From: Octopus vulgaris
Taxonomy: Eukaryota
Reading direction: 5' to 3'
DNA length: 64,000 nt
Assembly: GCA_951406725.2 (NCBI GenBank)
Contig: OX597830.1
Coordinates: 17,484,001-17,548,000, forward strand
Shown: positions 39,134 through 53,103 of the stretch, in pieces
How positions within the stretch are numbered: the first letter of the stretch is position 1
How the letters are laid out: each line of letters begins with the position of its first letter
Notes under the pieces: generated by a model
Seen by the model: only the letters and a program-made list of their open reading frames with translations
Told to the model about the DNA's origin: nothing
Databases searched by the model: none
Position numbers and translations under genes: made by a program

Positions 39134-39575
39134 ATTGTCCACAGAAAAAAGGAGAATTACAATTGACTACAACATTAAAGCATTTTGGCACTTATTTCTA
39201 GCAATGTAGGTTAGAAACACCCTAGTCACAGTTAGTGACAATTATAATTCTCCTTTTTGGTGAAACATTGCAAACTGTTGTTTATATTAATTTTATGTAT
39301 ACGCATTAGCGAATCGCTAAATCATCTATTAACTTGGATGACGAAAACATTATACTAACAGAGAAGCAAGTTAGAAAAGAGCCGAAATTCGAGGAAGTCT
39401 TGACTGACGAAGCAAAAGAAATTCCTGAAACTAACGTCAGTATTGAGAATTCTCGATTGACATTTTACGGACGATTAAGGTCTCTGTTAGTGTATATGTT
39501 CATATTCATGTGCTTTGACTAAAACATTAGAGCATTTTAGGTCTTATTTCTAGCAATGTAGGTGTTTCTAACACC
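39134..39575 (+). mobile_element. Retrozyme-like locus: 352-nt period, ~48-bp terminal direct repeat, inverted 5' fragment, HHR-like motif (39404-39438)
   Basis: ttgacta.aacatta.agcatttt...cttatttctagcaatgtaggt at 39163 and 39515; CTGACGA-AG..CT-GAAA-ctaacg-TC. Confidence 0.6.
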
Positions 39576-39595
39576 CCCAGACACATGTAGTACAC

Positions 39596-39928
39596 ATTGG
39601 GCAAGTGTCTTCTACTATATCCTCGGGCCGACCAAAGCATTGTAAGTGGATTTGGTAGACGGAAACTGGAAGAAGCCCGTCGTATATATGTATATGTGTG
39701 TGTGTGTGTGTTTGTGTGTCTGTGTTTGTCCTACCAACATCGTTTGACAACCGATGCTAGTGTGTTTACGTCCCCGTAACTTAGCGGTTCGGCAAAATAG
39801 ACAGATAGAATAAGTACTTGGTTTACAAAGAATAAGTCCTGGGGTCGATTTGCTTGACTAAAGGCGGTGCTACAGCATGGCCACAGTCAAATGACTGAAA
39901 CAAGTAAAAGAGTAGAAGAGTAAAAGAG
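39596..39928 (+). mobile_element. SINE family C, 5'-truncated
   Basis: Body and tail match the other copies. Confidence 0.9.
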
Positions 39929-40350
39929 TATATATATATATATATATATATACAGGCATATACGGTTACAGGACGTCACCAACAGTGCAAATAACATGAA
40001 ATACGTAAACAACGAGAAAAAAAATGGAAAACAGGAGAAGCAAACACAGAGAAAGGACGCTTCATCAGTTGTCGGCTGTCTATATACTCCTTATTTTGTG
40101 CATTCAATGATAATATGAGTCTTCAAAGAGAGTTGCTCCCATAAATTCTAAAATAAAATTTAGAATTCGTGGAGGGTCAAAGTCGGGAACAAAACCATGA
40201 TAGTGGAGACATACAGGAAAACCGAAAGAAAACAAATATGGAAGGTTGTGAGACCTGAACGACAGGAAAATAGTGAACGCTGGGAGAAACATTTATTTTT
40301 AAAAGAGAAAAGATAGATATACAAATACTCATTAATCTGTATTATTATTA

Positions 40351-40388
40351 CTGTCTGACGAACTGTCATGTGAAACTCTGAGTAAGGT
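40351..40388 (+). ncRNA. HHR motif related to 26597-26634, canonical core, 3' stem I disrupted
   Basis: ctgt-CTGACGA-ACtgtcatGT-GAAA-ctctgag-TA. Confidence 0.6.
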
Positions 40389-42054
40389 TTCTAGTTCATC
40401 CAGTATTGTTTTGAAGTTGGCATCTTTGAGTTCTTCTCTAATTTGGGGTCCGGCAAAGATACCCTCTTTCAACTTCGCCTGTGTGATTTTGGCAAACTTT
40501 TCTACAATATACTCAAATCCTCTGGCATTTCTCTTCCCTAGTGTCTTTACAAACTGTTTCATCAGTCCAAGCTTTATATGCAAAGGAGGCAATAGGAGAT
40601 TACATAGATCTACAAGAGGTGTATTCTTAACGCTTGTCAGCCCTGGCAGTTGCTCGACTATCCAATAGAAACAACAGTATTTGTGAAACCTGACTGCATT
40701 CCCATTAACATTCTGATGACTTTTAAATCTCCATTTATTTTCGATGAGTATCTTTCATACGCAATGGCATAAAGTGAAAGTTCCATATTCTCACATAATC
40801 CATGAAGATGAACGGAGTTTGCAATAGGAATGAAGGGCTTCAAATTGCCATAACGGAGAAGTATAGCTTTTAAACTTCACTTGAAAAGTCAATAAACAAA
40901 CGTCACTCTGCAGGATCATAGTTTTGGGATCATTCGAAAAGCCCATCGATGTTATTGCAAAAACAAAGCGGGCCGTCAACAGAAAGACACGTTTGTAGAA
41001 CCACATTTATCTGTCAAAAATAAGATATACGAACACCATGCTCTAGCAGATACTTCTTCTTCTTGATGCCAACAGTTCTACTTTATCTTTTGAGAGGGAA
41101 AGGTCTTTGACAAGGTCATTCAGTTCAGCTTGGGAAAATTTCTGAGGTTCAAAGCTATCGTCAGCAACCACCTAATCTTCCCCAGCAGGACTAGCATGAC
41201 AGTCAGCATCATAATATGATGTTCCAATACAAGGTGGAACTGGAATTGGCAGACTTCCATTGTGAGGCACAGGTCTTATTCCAGAATCCAAATTGGGATA
41301 CACAATTTTGTGTTAATTCTTCATAGAAAATCCTGTGACATTTACTTTATAAAAATAAGTCATTGAAATGGACTTTCGTCTCCCTCCATATCATTGGCAT
41401 GGCAAAAGGCATGAACTTCTCATTGTTATTGAACCAGTCACGTAAGCCATTTGAACAAGCTGAGCAGATAAACTGTGGTACCCATAACTTGTCCTGATCT
41501 CCAAGAGAACAGTCAAAGTATAGCTTATAAATCTTCTCAATCTCTGGTGTTATTGTGCGTTTTTGAGCTTTCACAATAAATTGTCCACAGACATAACAAA
41601 ACACATAAGGACGATTTCTAGACTGTCTTGACCTTATTAACACTGTAAAACAAGTAAGGAAATAGATACAAATGGTTATAATTATATTGAATTTGAGATG
41701 ATGAAATATCTCATCAGACCAATTACGACTGGACAGTTTAAGATGTTGAAATACCTATTTCGTCAGACAAAACTTGATTGGTTAATTTAAGAGGATGAAA
41801 TATTGCATCTGAACTATGCAACAATGAATAATGTAACTTATTTTCAAGGTATGTTTCCGTGAAGTAAATGAAATAATGCATATATCTCATTAATTGGAAT
41901 TTCTGTATAATGCATGAGCTAAAACCAAAACCCTTTCTCATCTTGAAAACTGTACGTGATGTCAAAAAACTAATTGTATATTTGAAATCAACATTAAAAA
42001 CTGCACCATGTACACCTTGACTTATGCTTGATGAAAAATACTTGTTGACCAGTG
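40385..42054 (-). mobile_element. Chapaev3-like (CMC group) DNA transposon, 3'-truncated, frameshifted transposase
   Basis: FCYVCGQF...YF.CSLGDQDK.W.P..IC..C...W...MPF.MPMIWRE; GDLKVI.MLMGMQSGFT; LPPLHIKLGLMKQFVK...KLKEGIF.GPQIR; terminus TTA|CACTGGTCAACAAG; superfamily name from recalled motifs. Confidence 0.8.
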
Positions 42055-42423
42055 TAATTTATTAGCGTCTAAGGTTACACCCTTTTCCCCATATCGAAAT
42101 TATGAGGTAATTCTATAAGTTGATGGTTAGCAATTATGAGATAATTCGATAGCTCACGGTTAGCAATTAGAATGTGAATAAGAATCCAAATTCTGGGAGT
42201 AGAACACGTAAAATGCAGCCTATGTATGTTTCCTAGTTAGCAGCTCCTCTGAAGTAATATTTACTGAATGAGGGGTATTCAGCTAGCGACTCACCGGGCC
42301 GAGGATACCTTAATTACATAAAGGTTACATTGTTGTTTGGGAATCCCAAGTTAACACAGCGCAGATGTAATCTGAAATGAGAGATGAAGCCGGAAGAACA
42401 GAATATAAAAACAAATATAAACA

Positions 42424-42526
<103 letters not shown>

Positions 42527-42734
42527 GCGCGCGCTAGCTTGCGATTTGTTCGGAAATAATTTGACAACTTACTGAAGTGTTGTTCTTCTCTGAGGAAGAG
42601 TCAGGGCTGTAAAGCGATGAAACACGATTGAATTATTTGCTGTATTCGTCCTTGACAATAACAATGGTCGCTCTCGTCGGTTTCGGCGTATGAATTTTTG
42701 AAGGAGAGAACTTAAAGAAAAAACTAAGAAGCTG

Positions 42735-43575
42735 CATCTTTTTGCGATGGATATATGAATGTAATTTAAGTCCAGGCATGGATTTTGCTATGAAGTTGCA
42801 ATGGGGACATTGATGATTTTGATTTTACCTAGGATTGGGCTAGTGTTGATTGTGGGATATATTTCTTCTATTGTTCCTTTTCTTCAATTCAAATTGTTTG
42901 GATGCATCGTGACACATTTTACACCATGCAGATCGATCTAGGCAATGACTTTCCCAAGATGCCAGGTCAAGCTGTTGAGATTTTAATAATTGCTTCAATT
43001 TATCCTTATACCTAAAGAGAAGTCTTCCTTTGCCGTCATATCCCTCCACTTGTTCGCTATGCAGAAGAATTTTCGGAATGGAATCATTTTTCATTCAAAC
43101 AACATGTCCGACCCATCTACACTGAATTCTCATCATCATGGTTTGGATACTGGAAATATCACATTTTAATAAGATTTAGGCATTGGATATCCTATCTTGT
43201 CACTTTATGTTGCATATGTTGTGCAACAGGGCATGTGGAAGGTTTCAAGTTTCTTTATATGTAGGGAGACCATGCTTCTGCCCCCGTACAAAAGCGTGTT
43301 AAAAATACAAGATTTGTATACACTTATTTTCGTTTTCAGACTGACATCGTGTTCATCCAAAAGCACTTGTAGCCTCAGCTATTCTAACACTGATTTCGTC
43401 AAGAGTACTCTTAAAGTTTACTGTGCTTCTAACATTTAAATGACCTGACCCATCTGAATGAATTGTTGTTTATAATCACGTTTGAGTCTTGAGTATGTCT
43501 CGCCCCCAGGCCTTGGTTGGAATAAAACTTCAGTCTTCTTGATATTGACAGTCAGTCCAAATGCATGAGCAGGTG
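42735..43575 (-). pseudogene. RTE-clade LINE 3' ORF remnant (post-RT region and C-terminal C2H2 finger)
   Basis: AFGLTVNIKKTEVLFQP; W.GHV; IPKILLHSE..EG...GR...RYKDKLK; WES.CLDRSAW; HQCPHCNFIAKSMPGLKLHSYIH. Confidence 0.88.
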
Positions 43576-44689
43576 CAGACCGTTTCCTGAATTCCCTCAA
43601 AGGTGCGAGAAATCGAAACGCAGTCATCAGCAAATAGAAAGTCATGCGAGATCTTTTCCTTGATCTTTTGATCTGAAACTTTGACCTTTCAGGTCGTTCC
43701 TGTTATTTTCAGCTATGAGATAGCCCTATGATTCAAAAGTTGATGTTCATAGATAGGTTTTTATATATTCATCCATGATCAGAAATACACATATTGTCAG
43801 CCACTAAGGGACATGCTTAAGTGATTAAAGTCAAGCGACTGACAAGCAAATCTGTAGTGTTGAGCAAAATATTTGCTATAATGATATTTCTGCTTCAACA
43901 ACTCAGCTCTGAATCCATCTGAAATGTAATGGAAAAATTGGTCAGTTTCAAAACATTGATGTCCAAGTCAGAAAAGCAAAGTTTGAAGGGAATAGTAGTC
44001 ATTTCCTTTGATTTCTAGATAGAAGCAAAGAGGAAATAAATAAAGTGTTATTTTGTTCATGGAGTTTTTCTGCCTATGCATTGGTCCTGTGCAGTTAAAT
44101 CAGACCCTCTTTTTAATATGGCTTTTTGCATTCACTTGTTCCACATTTTGAACACTAATATCTGTTAATATGCTCTTTCCCAGAAACCTATTTAATTTTC
44201 TTTTAAAGCTAGAAGACATTGAAAATGAAGTATTTCTACCTCAGTCAATCCATCCTCACAATACTTAATATGAGCCAACGAAGAAGCCTCTACGTAGGTT
44301 GTTCAATCTGCTAAGCACAGAGGTTAATGCATACCTAACCGTATGATAAACGAAGGGAAGGAGAAAATGGATGATGCAGCCTCGGGTAAACTGTGTTTGG
44401 ATTAGATAAGGAGCAGATAGTGAGAGGTGGGATACTTTTAAGATTTTGATGATATGAAATTAAACAGTAACAATGTTATTTAACAAATATTATCGGTTCA
44501 CGTAAGACATGAAATAATATTATGTGTCCAAACAAAAGAAGAAAAATTTGAAAATATTGAAAGAAAAGAGAGACAAACTGGACATGTGACGTTGTAAAAT
44601 AAACAGAGATTGTGATGTACATTATGTGTGTGTGAGTGCGGTCGCGCGTGCACGAGAGTGTGTACATGCATATACACACAGACATACAA

Positions 44690-45059
<370 letters not shown>

Positions 45060-45073
45060 GTATATATAAATAT

Positions 45074-45176
<103 letters not shown>

Positions 45177-45180
45177 TACA

Positions 45181-45394
45181 AGGCGGTGAGCTGGCAGAAA
45201 GGTTAGCACGCCGGGCGAAATGCGTAGTCGTATTCCGTCTGCCGTTACGTTCTGAGTTCAAATTCCGCCGAGGCCGACTTTGCCTTTCATCCTTCCGGGG
45301 TCGATAAATTAAGTACCAGTTACGCACTGGGGTCGATGTAATCGACTTAATTCGTTTGTCTGTCCTTGTTAGCCCCTTGTGGGTAATAAAGAAA
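45181..45394 (+). mobile_element. SINE family B, full length
   Basis: Head, central block and tail intact. Confidence 0.92.
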
Positions 45395-46096
45395 CATATA
45401 TATATATATATATATATACATACACACACACACACACAACACACACACATAGTCATTATGTTAGCTGTGACGTGGTGAATACGTGAACCGGCTGCTTTGG
45501 TCCTCCTACAATCTTCTGTCTACTCACTTTGCGCTGGTGTTAAATTGCATGTCACATCGGTGTCGGTCTCTAGAGAACAATGTTTCTCTCTCTCTCAACA
45601 TAAGTTCAAACATTCCAGTTCTAGATGTCGTGCTTGACGTGACGTTCACAGTAACAAGAAGATTATTGATGAATATTGTCAAAATAATTGCTCGATATAA
45701 CCGGCTTTCTTTGACTCTGTGTGTGTGTGTGTTTGTGTGTACGTATGTATGTATGATTGCATGTATATGAACATGTATATGAACATGTGTGTGAACATGT
45801 GTGTGAACATGTGCTCGAGTAGGTGCGGATTTTTGCGTTTGTTTTATTACTTTTTAATGTTTCTTTATATCCATACACCCACGAGCACATATATGTATGT
45901 ATATATGTATGTATATGTTCAGGAGTGCTGTCTGCTAATATTGTGTTGATATATTACATCAGATTAGGGAATATAAATGTAGTTTTTTCTCTTCATATTT
46001 TCAATTGCATTAGTAATAATCCTTTCTTTCTTCGTCACAATGGTCCGTACATTCAATAAAATACGCATTATACAGAAACGTGTCTGATAAATAAAT

Positions 46097-46150
<54 letters not shown>

Positions 46151-46182
46151 TCATATTCATAAATGTGTGTAACATATATATT

Positions 46183-46430
46183 TATCACCGTGATCACCAT
46201 GACCGACCAGGCTATCAGATGTTGCTACACATCGCTGGTCACATTGCGCTTCGCATTGTTTTAGCCTTCAAATGACACCCCCCCCCCCCCCCCGCTGGCT
46301 AAGCGAGCAGGCCAACAGAAGAAAGAGTGAGAGAAAGTTGTGGCGAACGAGTACAGCAGGGATCGACACCACTCCCTGCCGGAGAGAGCTTTAGGTGTTT
46401 TCGCTCAATAAACACTTACAACGCCCGGTC
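46183..46430 (-). mobile_element. SINE family A variant, 5'-truncated, with alternative 3' tail
   Basis: Body matches SINE A up to ctctcactctttcttc, then continues in the sequence seen at 6420-6540. Confidence 0.85.
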
Positions 46431-46649
46431 TATATTTATATAGGTTTTAATTTGAACTCATAACTTAGCTGTGAAGTATCCCGTGGATTTTCAACATTCG
46501 CGAGAACCTCCCGCACGCCCTTCATCACTACTCGCTCATCTAGAGTAGCTTAGTACTCGATTTTCGTTATTGACTTATTACCACCACACCCAAATTTGTT
46601 GTCCTTGTACTAAAATTTGAAATCAATTATTAGAAATGATTTTTACCGC

Positions 46650-47932
46650 AAAATACTTAGCGGTATTTCGTCCGTTTTTACCTTCTGAGTTCAAATGCCA
46701 CCGGGGTCGACTTTGTCTTTCATCCTTTTGGGTCAATTACACAAGTACCAACTGAGCACCGGAATCGATGAAAATGACTTATCCACCCCAAACCTGCTGG
46801 CTTTTACCAAAATTTGAAACCATAATTATACATGATGCTTTTTTTAAAACGGTTTCTGGATTTTTATTTTCAGCATTCAGGGGATTAGAATCCACAAAAG
46901 AGATTTTCTCGAGTTTTTGTTTTATTTATTATTTATTCTTCGGATCTTTTCGGTTTGAACGGCAGTTTTTTCTAGCGGTGTCATATGAAATTGTCACCCA
47001 TAATTATGACCCTAGAATCGATCTATTGCATTTCAATCTATTTTAGGGTTAGGGTTAGGGGTGGGGGGGGAAGGGTATCTTTTTTTCTTCACAAATGTAA
47101 ATAAACCCAATCTGTTTCTTAAACAAGGGGCATATTCATACGACAGAGAATGTTTTTTTTTACCTCAATAGACGTCACTGATTGGTTGAAATTGCAGAAA
47201 TTGAAGAAAAAAAAACAACAAATATCTCACAAACTATAGAATTTTCTCAATAAAGCCAAGAGAAAAAGATGCTTTATAGACACATTCTACCAGTACAGGA
47301 AGTTTTAAAATTTTTAGTTATCTAGAAATTATGTTAAAAACTGCCGTTCAAACTGGAAAGATCCTATTCTTCTTTTTATATTTAGGACATCAATCTGGCA
47401 GAATCGTTATAGCGTCGAAACAGAAATATTTTTTGGTATTTGTCCCGGTCCTCTATATTCTGTGCTAAAATCCCGCCGAAATCAACTTTGCTTTTTTATC
47501 CATTTTAAGTCGATAAAATAAAGTACCAGTCAAGTCTTGGGGTCGATGGTGTCCATCAAGCCCTGCCTTTCAGAATTTCGAACCATCTGTCTAAATTAGA
47601 AACCATTATTATTTTTACTTTTCGACAAATTTCGAGCAAAATACCCGAATATTTCCGTTAGCGAAAATTTATCAGAAAAATATTCTTCTCGACGGAAGAG
47701 AACTAATTTTCTCATTTCAGTCACACTGGATTGGTGTAACTGTTAAACCATTAGACATTCTGTTCTTTTTCCAATTCTGTACGTTCTGAGTTCAAATCGG
47801 GCTGAAGTCAATTTTGCCTTTTATCCTTTTGGGTTCGATAATGTTCAGTTCCAGTCAGTTACTGCGGTCGATTCCATTTAGTAAATGCTCTTCAAGTATT
47901 TTAATCTTATTCCTATACTAGAAACGATTATT
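46650..47932 (+). mobile_element. Three diverged SINE B copies (46650-46830, 47394-47610, 47778-47932)
   Basis: Degenerate ttctgagttcaaat...ctttgcctttcatcc...gtcgata...gtacca blocks. Confidence 0.75.
46942..47364. mobile_element. Merlin-type MITE with ~28-bp TIRs and 8-bp TSD
   Basis: TIR ggatcttttcggtttgaacggcagtttt / aaaactgccgttcaaactggaaagatcc; TSD tattcttc at 46934-46941 and 47365-47372. Confidence 0.9.
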
Positions 47933-48020
47933 AAGTAGACATTGCTATAATTATTTTAGTCGAATTTTTAAAAAAATATTTTTGATAAGATAAATTCTAT
48001 GAAAAAAACAAAACAAACCC

Positions 48021-48456
48021 GGATCTTTTCGGTTTGACCGGCAGTTTTTAAAATAATTTCCACGTAACTAAACACTTTTAAACTTCGTTTACTGGTAGAA
48101 TGTGTTTATAAAACATCTTTTTCTCTTGGCTTTATTGAGAAAATTCTATAGTTTGTAAGATATTTGTTGTTTTTTTCTTCAATTTCTGCAATTTCAACCA
48201 ATCAGTGACGTCTATTGAGGTGAAAACATTCTGTGCCGTATGAATATGTCCCTCGTTTAAGAAACAGATTGGGTTTATTTACATTTGTGAAGAAAAAAAA
48301 GGATACCCTTCTCCCACCCCTAACACTAACTCTAACCCTAACTAACCCTAACCATAACAGAGATTGAAATGCAATAGATCGATACTAGAGTCATAATTAT
48401 GGGTGACAATTTCATATGACACCGTTAGAAAGAACTGCCGTTCAAACAGAAAAGAT
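48021..48456. mobile_element. Second copy of the same MITE, inverted relative to the first
   Basis: Same TIRs and reverse-complement interior; terminal CC lost. Confidence 0.9.
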
Positions 48457-49323
48457 AAAAAAACAACAACAAAAGCAAGAACAAAATATAACTAAAAATA
48501 TATTCATTCAGTTTCTGGACATTTAGTTTTCAAAGCGTTTGCCAAGACCATTTCCTTCCTTTCTTTTTGTATTAAATTATAACTAAAGTATGGGAGGAGG
48601 ATGCGTGTTCCGAATTTCCTTTCATAATTTTATTATTTTCGCGGCGCATTTAGCAAAATCTCGCAACAGAACAATGTCACGAGTTGCTCTGTTTAGGAAC
48701 AACCTACTGCAGTGGAGTGAGGTATTTGAAGGAGATTTGACTGTTAGTTCTTGCATATCGGAGAACGGCCACACAAGGTCTCTCTCATCTTCTTTATCGC
48801 TCTCTCTCTCTCCCGCTGTCTCTGGTCAGCTTGTTATTATGTGTTATATAAACAGGGAAGAAAGTGTGAACTTGATGGAGATGCTATTTAAATGTGTAAT
48901 TAGCGACATACAATGATTATATGAGTACGAAGACAACGTAGCTATTGTCTTTTTGTTTAAGAAGCAGAACTGAGTGGCCGATCAACTTGCCTGGATTATT
49001 TCACCCAGGGAAGATTTAATCCGTATTAATCCCTCTTTCTGTTTGTTCACATACGTATTATATCCCTAAAGGACAAAAGGAATTCTCTAGGTGCATGCGC
49101 ACACAGATACACGAACCTTACACACACACGCGCGCGCACACACACACACATGTGTATACATACACAGAAAAATATTGATTAAAACACAAATCAATACTAA
49201 TGATGCTGATGATGGTGATGATGATGGTGATTGTAATTTTGCTCCCTATATACTTCAATTCGGTCTCCTAGAAAAAAACGATGACAAAAACAACAATAAC
49301 AACAGCGGCAGTCCCAGCAGCAG

Positions 49324-49512
49324 TGGAGGCACAATGGCCCAGTGGTTAGGAAAGCGGACTCGCGGTCGTAAGAACGCGGTTTCGATTCCCAGACCGGGCA
49401 ATGTGGATATTTATTGAGCAAAAACACCTAAGCTCCACGTGGCTCCAGCGGGGGTGATGGTGACCCCCGCTGTACTCTTTCATCGCAACTTTCTCTCACT
49501 CTTTCTTCCTAC
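49324..49512 (+). mobile_element. SINE family A, 3'-truncated
   Basis: tggaggcacaatggcccagtggttagg head and body. Confidence 0.88.
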
Positions 49513-50060
49513 TTCTGTCACAAAGCAGAGGAATCATGGTGTAACTCACTATGGTGTGGTAAACTTTCAGACCCTAGTCTAGATTATGAATCCTCTGTAC
49601 CCCAGGATGGTTCAGCTCTCCACCCGTTAAAAGCCACCGTTTATGGAATGAGGATAACAACGTAGCTTTCGCGCCCGTGCAACCGCCAGTCTATCGCATG
49701 TAGTGGGTGGATTTTCAAGTTGCCACACACATTCTTTGTAGCTTAGGGTAGGCTCGAATTAGAGATTATTATTTGTGGCTAATGGCGTGAGTCCTGATTG
49801 GAAGAAGAAGAAGACAACAGCTGCAGTAGCAACAGCAGTAGCAGCAGCAGCAACAGTAGCAGCAAAAGCAAGAAGAAGAATAGAAATACTATAATGAAAA
49901 TTGAAAGAATCTTTGTAGAGAATAAATACCAATATAGAGTTAAAACTATATTTTGGTATTCTGGAAGCAACGAAATAAGAAATAACACAGACATACACTC
50001 ACATACACAACCACACACACACACACAAACACACACACACTCACATACACAACTACACAT

Positions 50061-50093
<33 letters not shown>

Positions 50094-50236
50094 CAACCAC
50101 ACACACACACACACACATACACACAAACACGCACGCACAAGTTCGCACATTCAAAAACGCATTCAACCAGAAATAGATGTGCGACTGCGTACACACTGAC
50201 AAAATGCATGCACATACATACGCATACAAGCATTGG

Positions 50237-50306
<70 letters not shown>

Positions 50307-50464
50307 CTAGCGTGTATATACTCAGTTAATTTTCACAATCCTATATGCATTTGCAAAACACATACTCTGCAACAAGATAAGATTAGAAAAGAAAAAAAAA
50401 AAAAACCTGCAACTACAAAATTAATATTTATGCTTTCTTTAATATTTATAACGACACCACCGCC

Positions 50465-50500
<36 letters not shown>

Positions 50501-50658
50501 TATCATAATTATAATCATCACCTCAGTTTCCTATATCATATAAATAGTATAAAACAAACAAGGAAAATAATTTAATAGTTATGACAACAACACTTACAAC
50601 AGCAACGGCCATGATTATATGAATAATAGCGATATTGAAAAAAAAATGCAGTATAATG

Positions 50659-50722
<64 letters not shown>

Positions 50723-50950
50723 TAATAATAATAATAATGATGATGATGATGATGATGATGATGATAATAGTTTTCTTGCAGTGTATTGTTTCTATTATAC
50801 TTTAGACGAGAATCTAATTTCTAATTAACTCTCAATGCCAGTTGATTGGTATGCTGTTGTTGATGCTATCTCTGATTCTCCCCGTCCTTCTCTGCCGGCC
50901 TGTCTGTTTTGCTTGTCTGTCTGTGCGTCCATCCTGTCTGTCTTTCTGTC

Positions 50951-50991
<41 letters not shown>

Positions 50992-51051
50992 ATGCATGTC
51001 TTGAGAACTGTCACTCTAATCACGCGCATGTTCGTTTTCTGAAGCACCTCA

Positions 51052-51143
<92 letters not shown>

Positions 51144-51159
51144 TGCCTGTTTCCATAGT

Positions 51160-52675
51160 AATAAAAAAGCTATGTGAAAGGAAGAAGCATGCCATACGCA
51201 CAAAAAGACATCATGGGAACATGTACTGGCAATACTCACGCCGAGAATGCATGAGGTCTGTGTCGCTAAGGAAAACACATGGTTTGAATGTGGTACCTTT
51301 TCTCTTAGGACTGTAGTGCTCTTCCTCTACTCATGGGTTAAGGAATTGACTTCAGTCCGGTTTTGTGCTCTGAAGAACTGGGGCTGAGCCGTAGCACAGC
51401 CATTGATTATAATAACTATGATAGAGAGATATGTGCGGAGGACTTGCACCGTCATCCATTTCAAGCTGATGGTGTTGGGAAGATTGCCGAGATCGATGAA
51501 ATAGTCTTCTCAAGACGTGAGTACAACGGAGAAAGGGTCCTACCTGAGCAGTGGACTTTTGGAGGAGTGTGTCGCAAGACCAGACAGGTTTTTTTGTATG
51601 CGGTGCCATGTCGGAATCGTGACACAGGAAGAATGCATACGTCACTCGATTCTTCCAGGAACCACAATTTTCAGTGATTTGTGGAGGGCGTTCTCTCATA
51701 TTCCTGAAATTGATGGTTACAATTTGAGCATAGAACGGTGAACCACAGCGTTGGTATTGTTAACTCGAAAGATGGTACCCGCGCTCAGTAAGTGGAGAGT
51801 GCGTGGGCCTCTGTGAAGCGAGGTAGTAAACGACGCTGTGGCACTCACCATTCTATGGTAGAGTCATATCTCTGAATTTGTGGCGCAGAGGATACAAAAG
51901 TTGTGATTTGTTTGAGAAATTGATTGAATGTATTTCTAACTTTCGTTTTGAATTTTAAAAATATTTTGTAACTGTGTTGCTTATTGCATGCTTAAGTGTT
52001 TGTTTTTTAAGCATATTTTGTTCACTCTTTTATTTTCATATATAACATATAAAAATGTACATCTTTTAGAATATGGTCATTTTATAAGATTTTACTGGCA
52101 AATTTTTAAATTAACATAAACATTTATTTACATGAAAGAGAAGTACCGGAGAATTTTTCATCTAATTCTTCCAAATCTTTCTGTTAAAACTGTATTGAAA
52201 TCATGGGAAAAATTATAATGTGTTTATAGCATGTAACGTGTTATCGCATTTGCATTAAATGCATGTTGAATGCTTGAAACTACAAAATATGTGTTGTTTA
52301 CTCATTTCTTTTTGTCATTGGGGTGGTTGTGAGGTGTGCTAAAAATAACAGCTAAATAACGTTTTTTGGTAAATATTTTAAGTTCATGCTATTGCAATGC
52401 TTAAAACTACAAAAAGCGGGTTGCTTATTCTTTCTTGACAACACTTGCTATTTTCCGGATGTCTACGACAAAATGTGCAGTCACGCACAAAACGACAGCT
52501 TCCAATTACTGTTTCCTGACTGGGTGAAAATGATCAAACTTTAAACCTCTATAACTTTTTAAAAACATTTTTCTGGAAAAAGTGAAATAACTCCAGCAAT
52601 ACATCTTGTGCCAAATTTTAAAATTTTCGATAAACTTTAATATTTGAAACACTGTCAACCAAACACACTAGATCC
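51160..52675 (+). mobile_element. Merlin (IS1016/ISXO2-like) DNA transposon, 5'-truncated; transposase pseudogene ~51180-51940
   Basis: ELGLS..T.IDY....REIC; GVGKI.EIDE..FSRR.YN..R; QW.FGG; I...ILPGTTI.SD.WRAF; TVNHS; VES.W..VKR; candidate right end ...caaacacactagatcc. Confidence 0.88.
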
Positions 52676-52849
52676 GTTTGGTGTGGTAAGATATCGTTTT
52701 TGTATTTTACCTATGTTTATATTGGTATTTTACCTACGTTTATATAAAGGTGTTCCACTACCAATGCATACACCTGTACACGTAAGTACACGCAAATGTA
52801 TATAAAAAATATCTGTGGTCATATTCATATCGAAAAACCTCGATTTACT

Positions 52850-52938
<89 letters not shown>

Positions 52939-53103
52939 CTGAACCCAATTTGTCGTTCGCGACGAGATAAACAGTCACACCGCGCACAAACGCACACACA
53001 CACACAAAATATACATATTGTATATGTAACTATTCATATGTGTATATATATATGTTTATATATACATATATATATAAACATGAATACGTATATATATATA
53101 TAA

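Noticed and set aside
39334-39522. 62-aa ORF MDDENIILTEKQ... as a host gene
   Set aside because: No recognisable domain, non-ATG start, and it lies inside the 352-nt repeat unit.
47042-47062. Telomere or chromosome end
   Set aside because: Only about three TTAGGG units, internal to a MITE.
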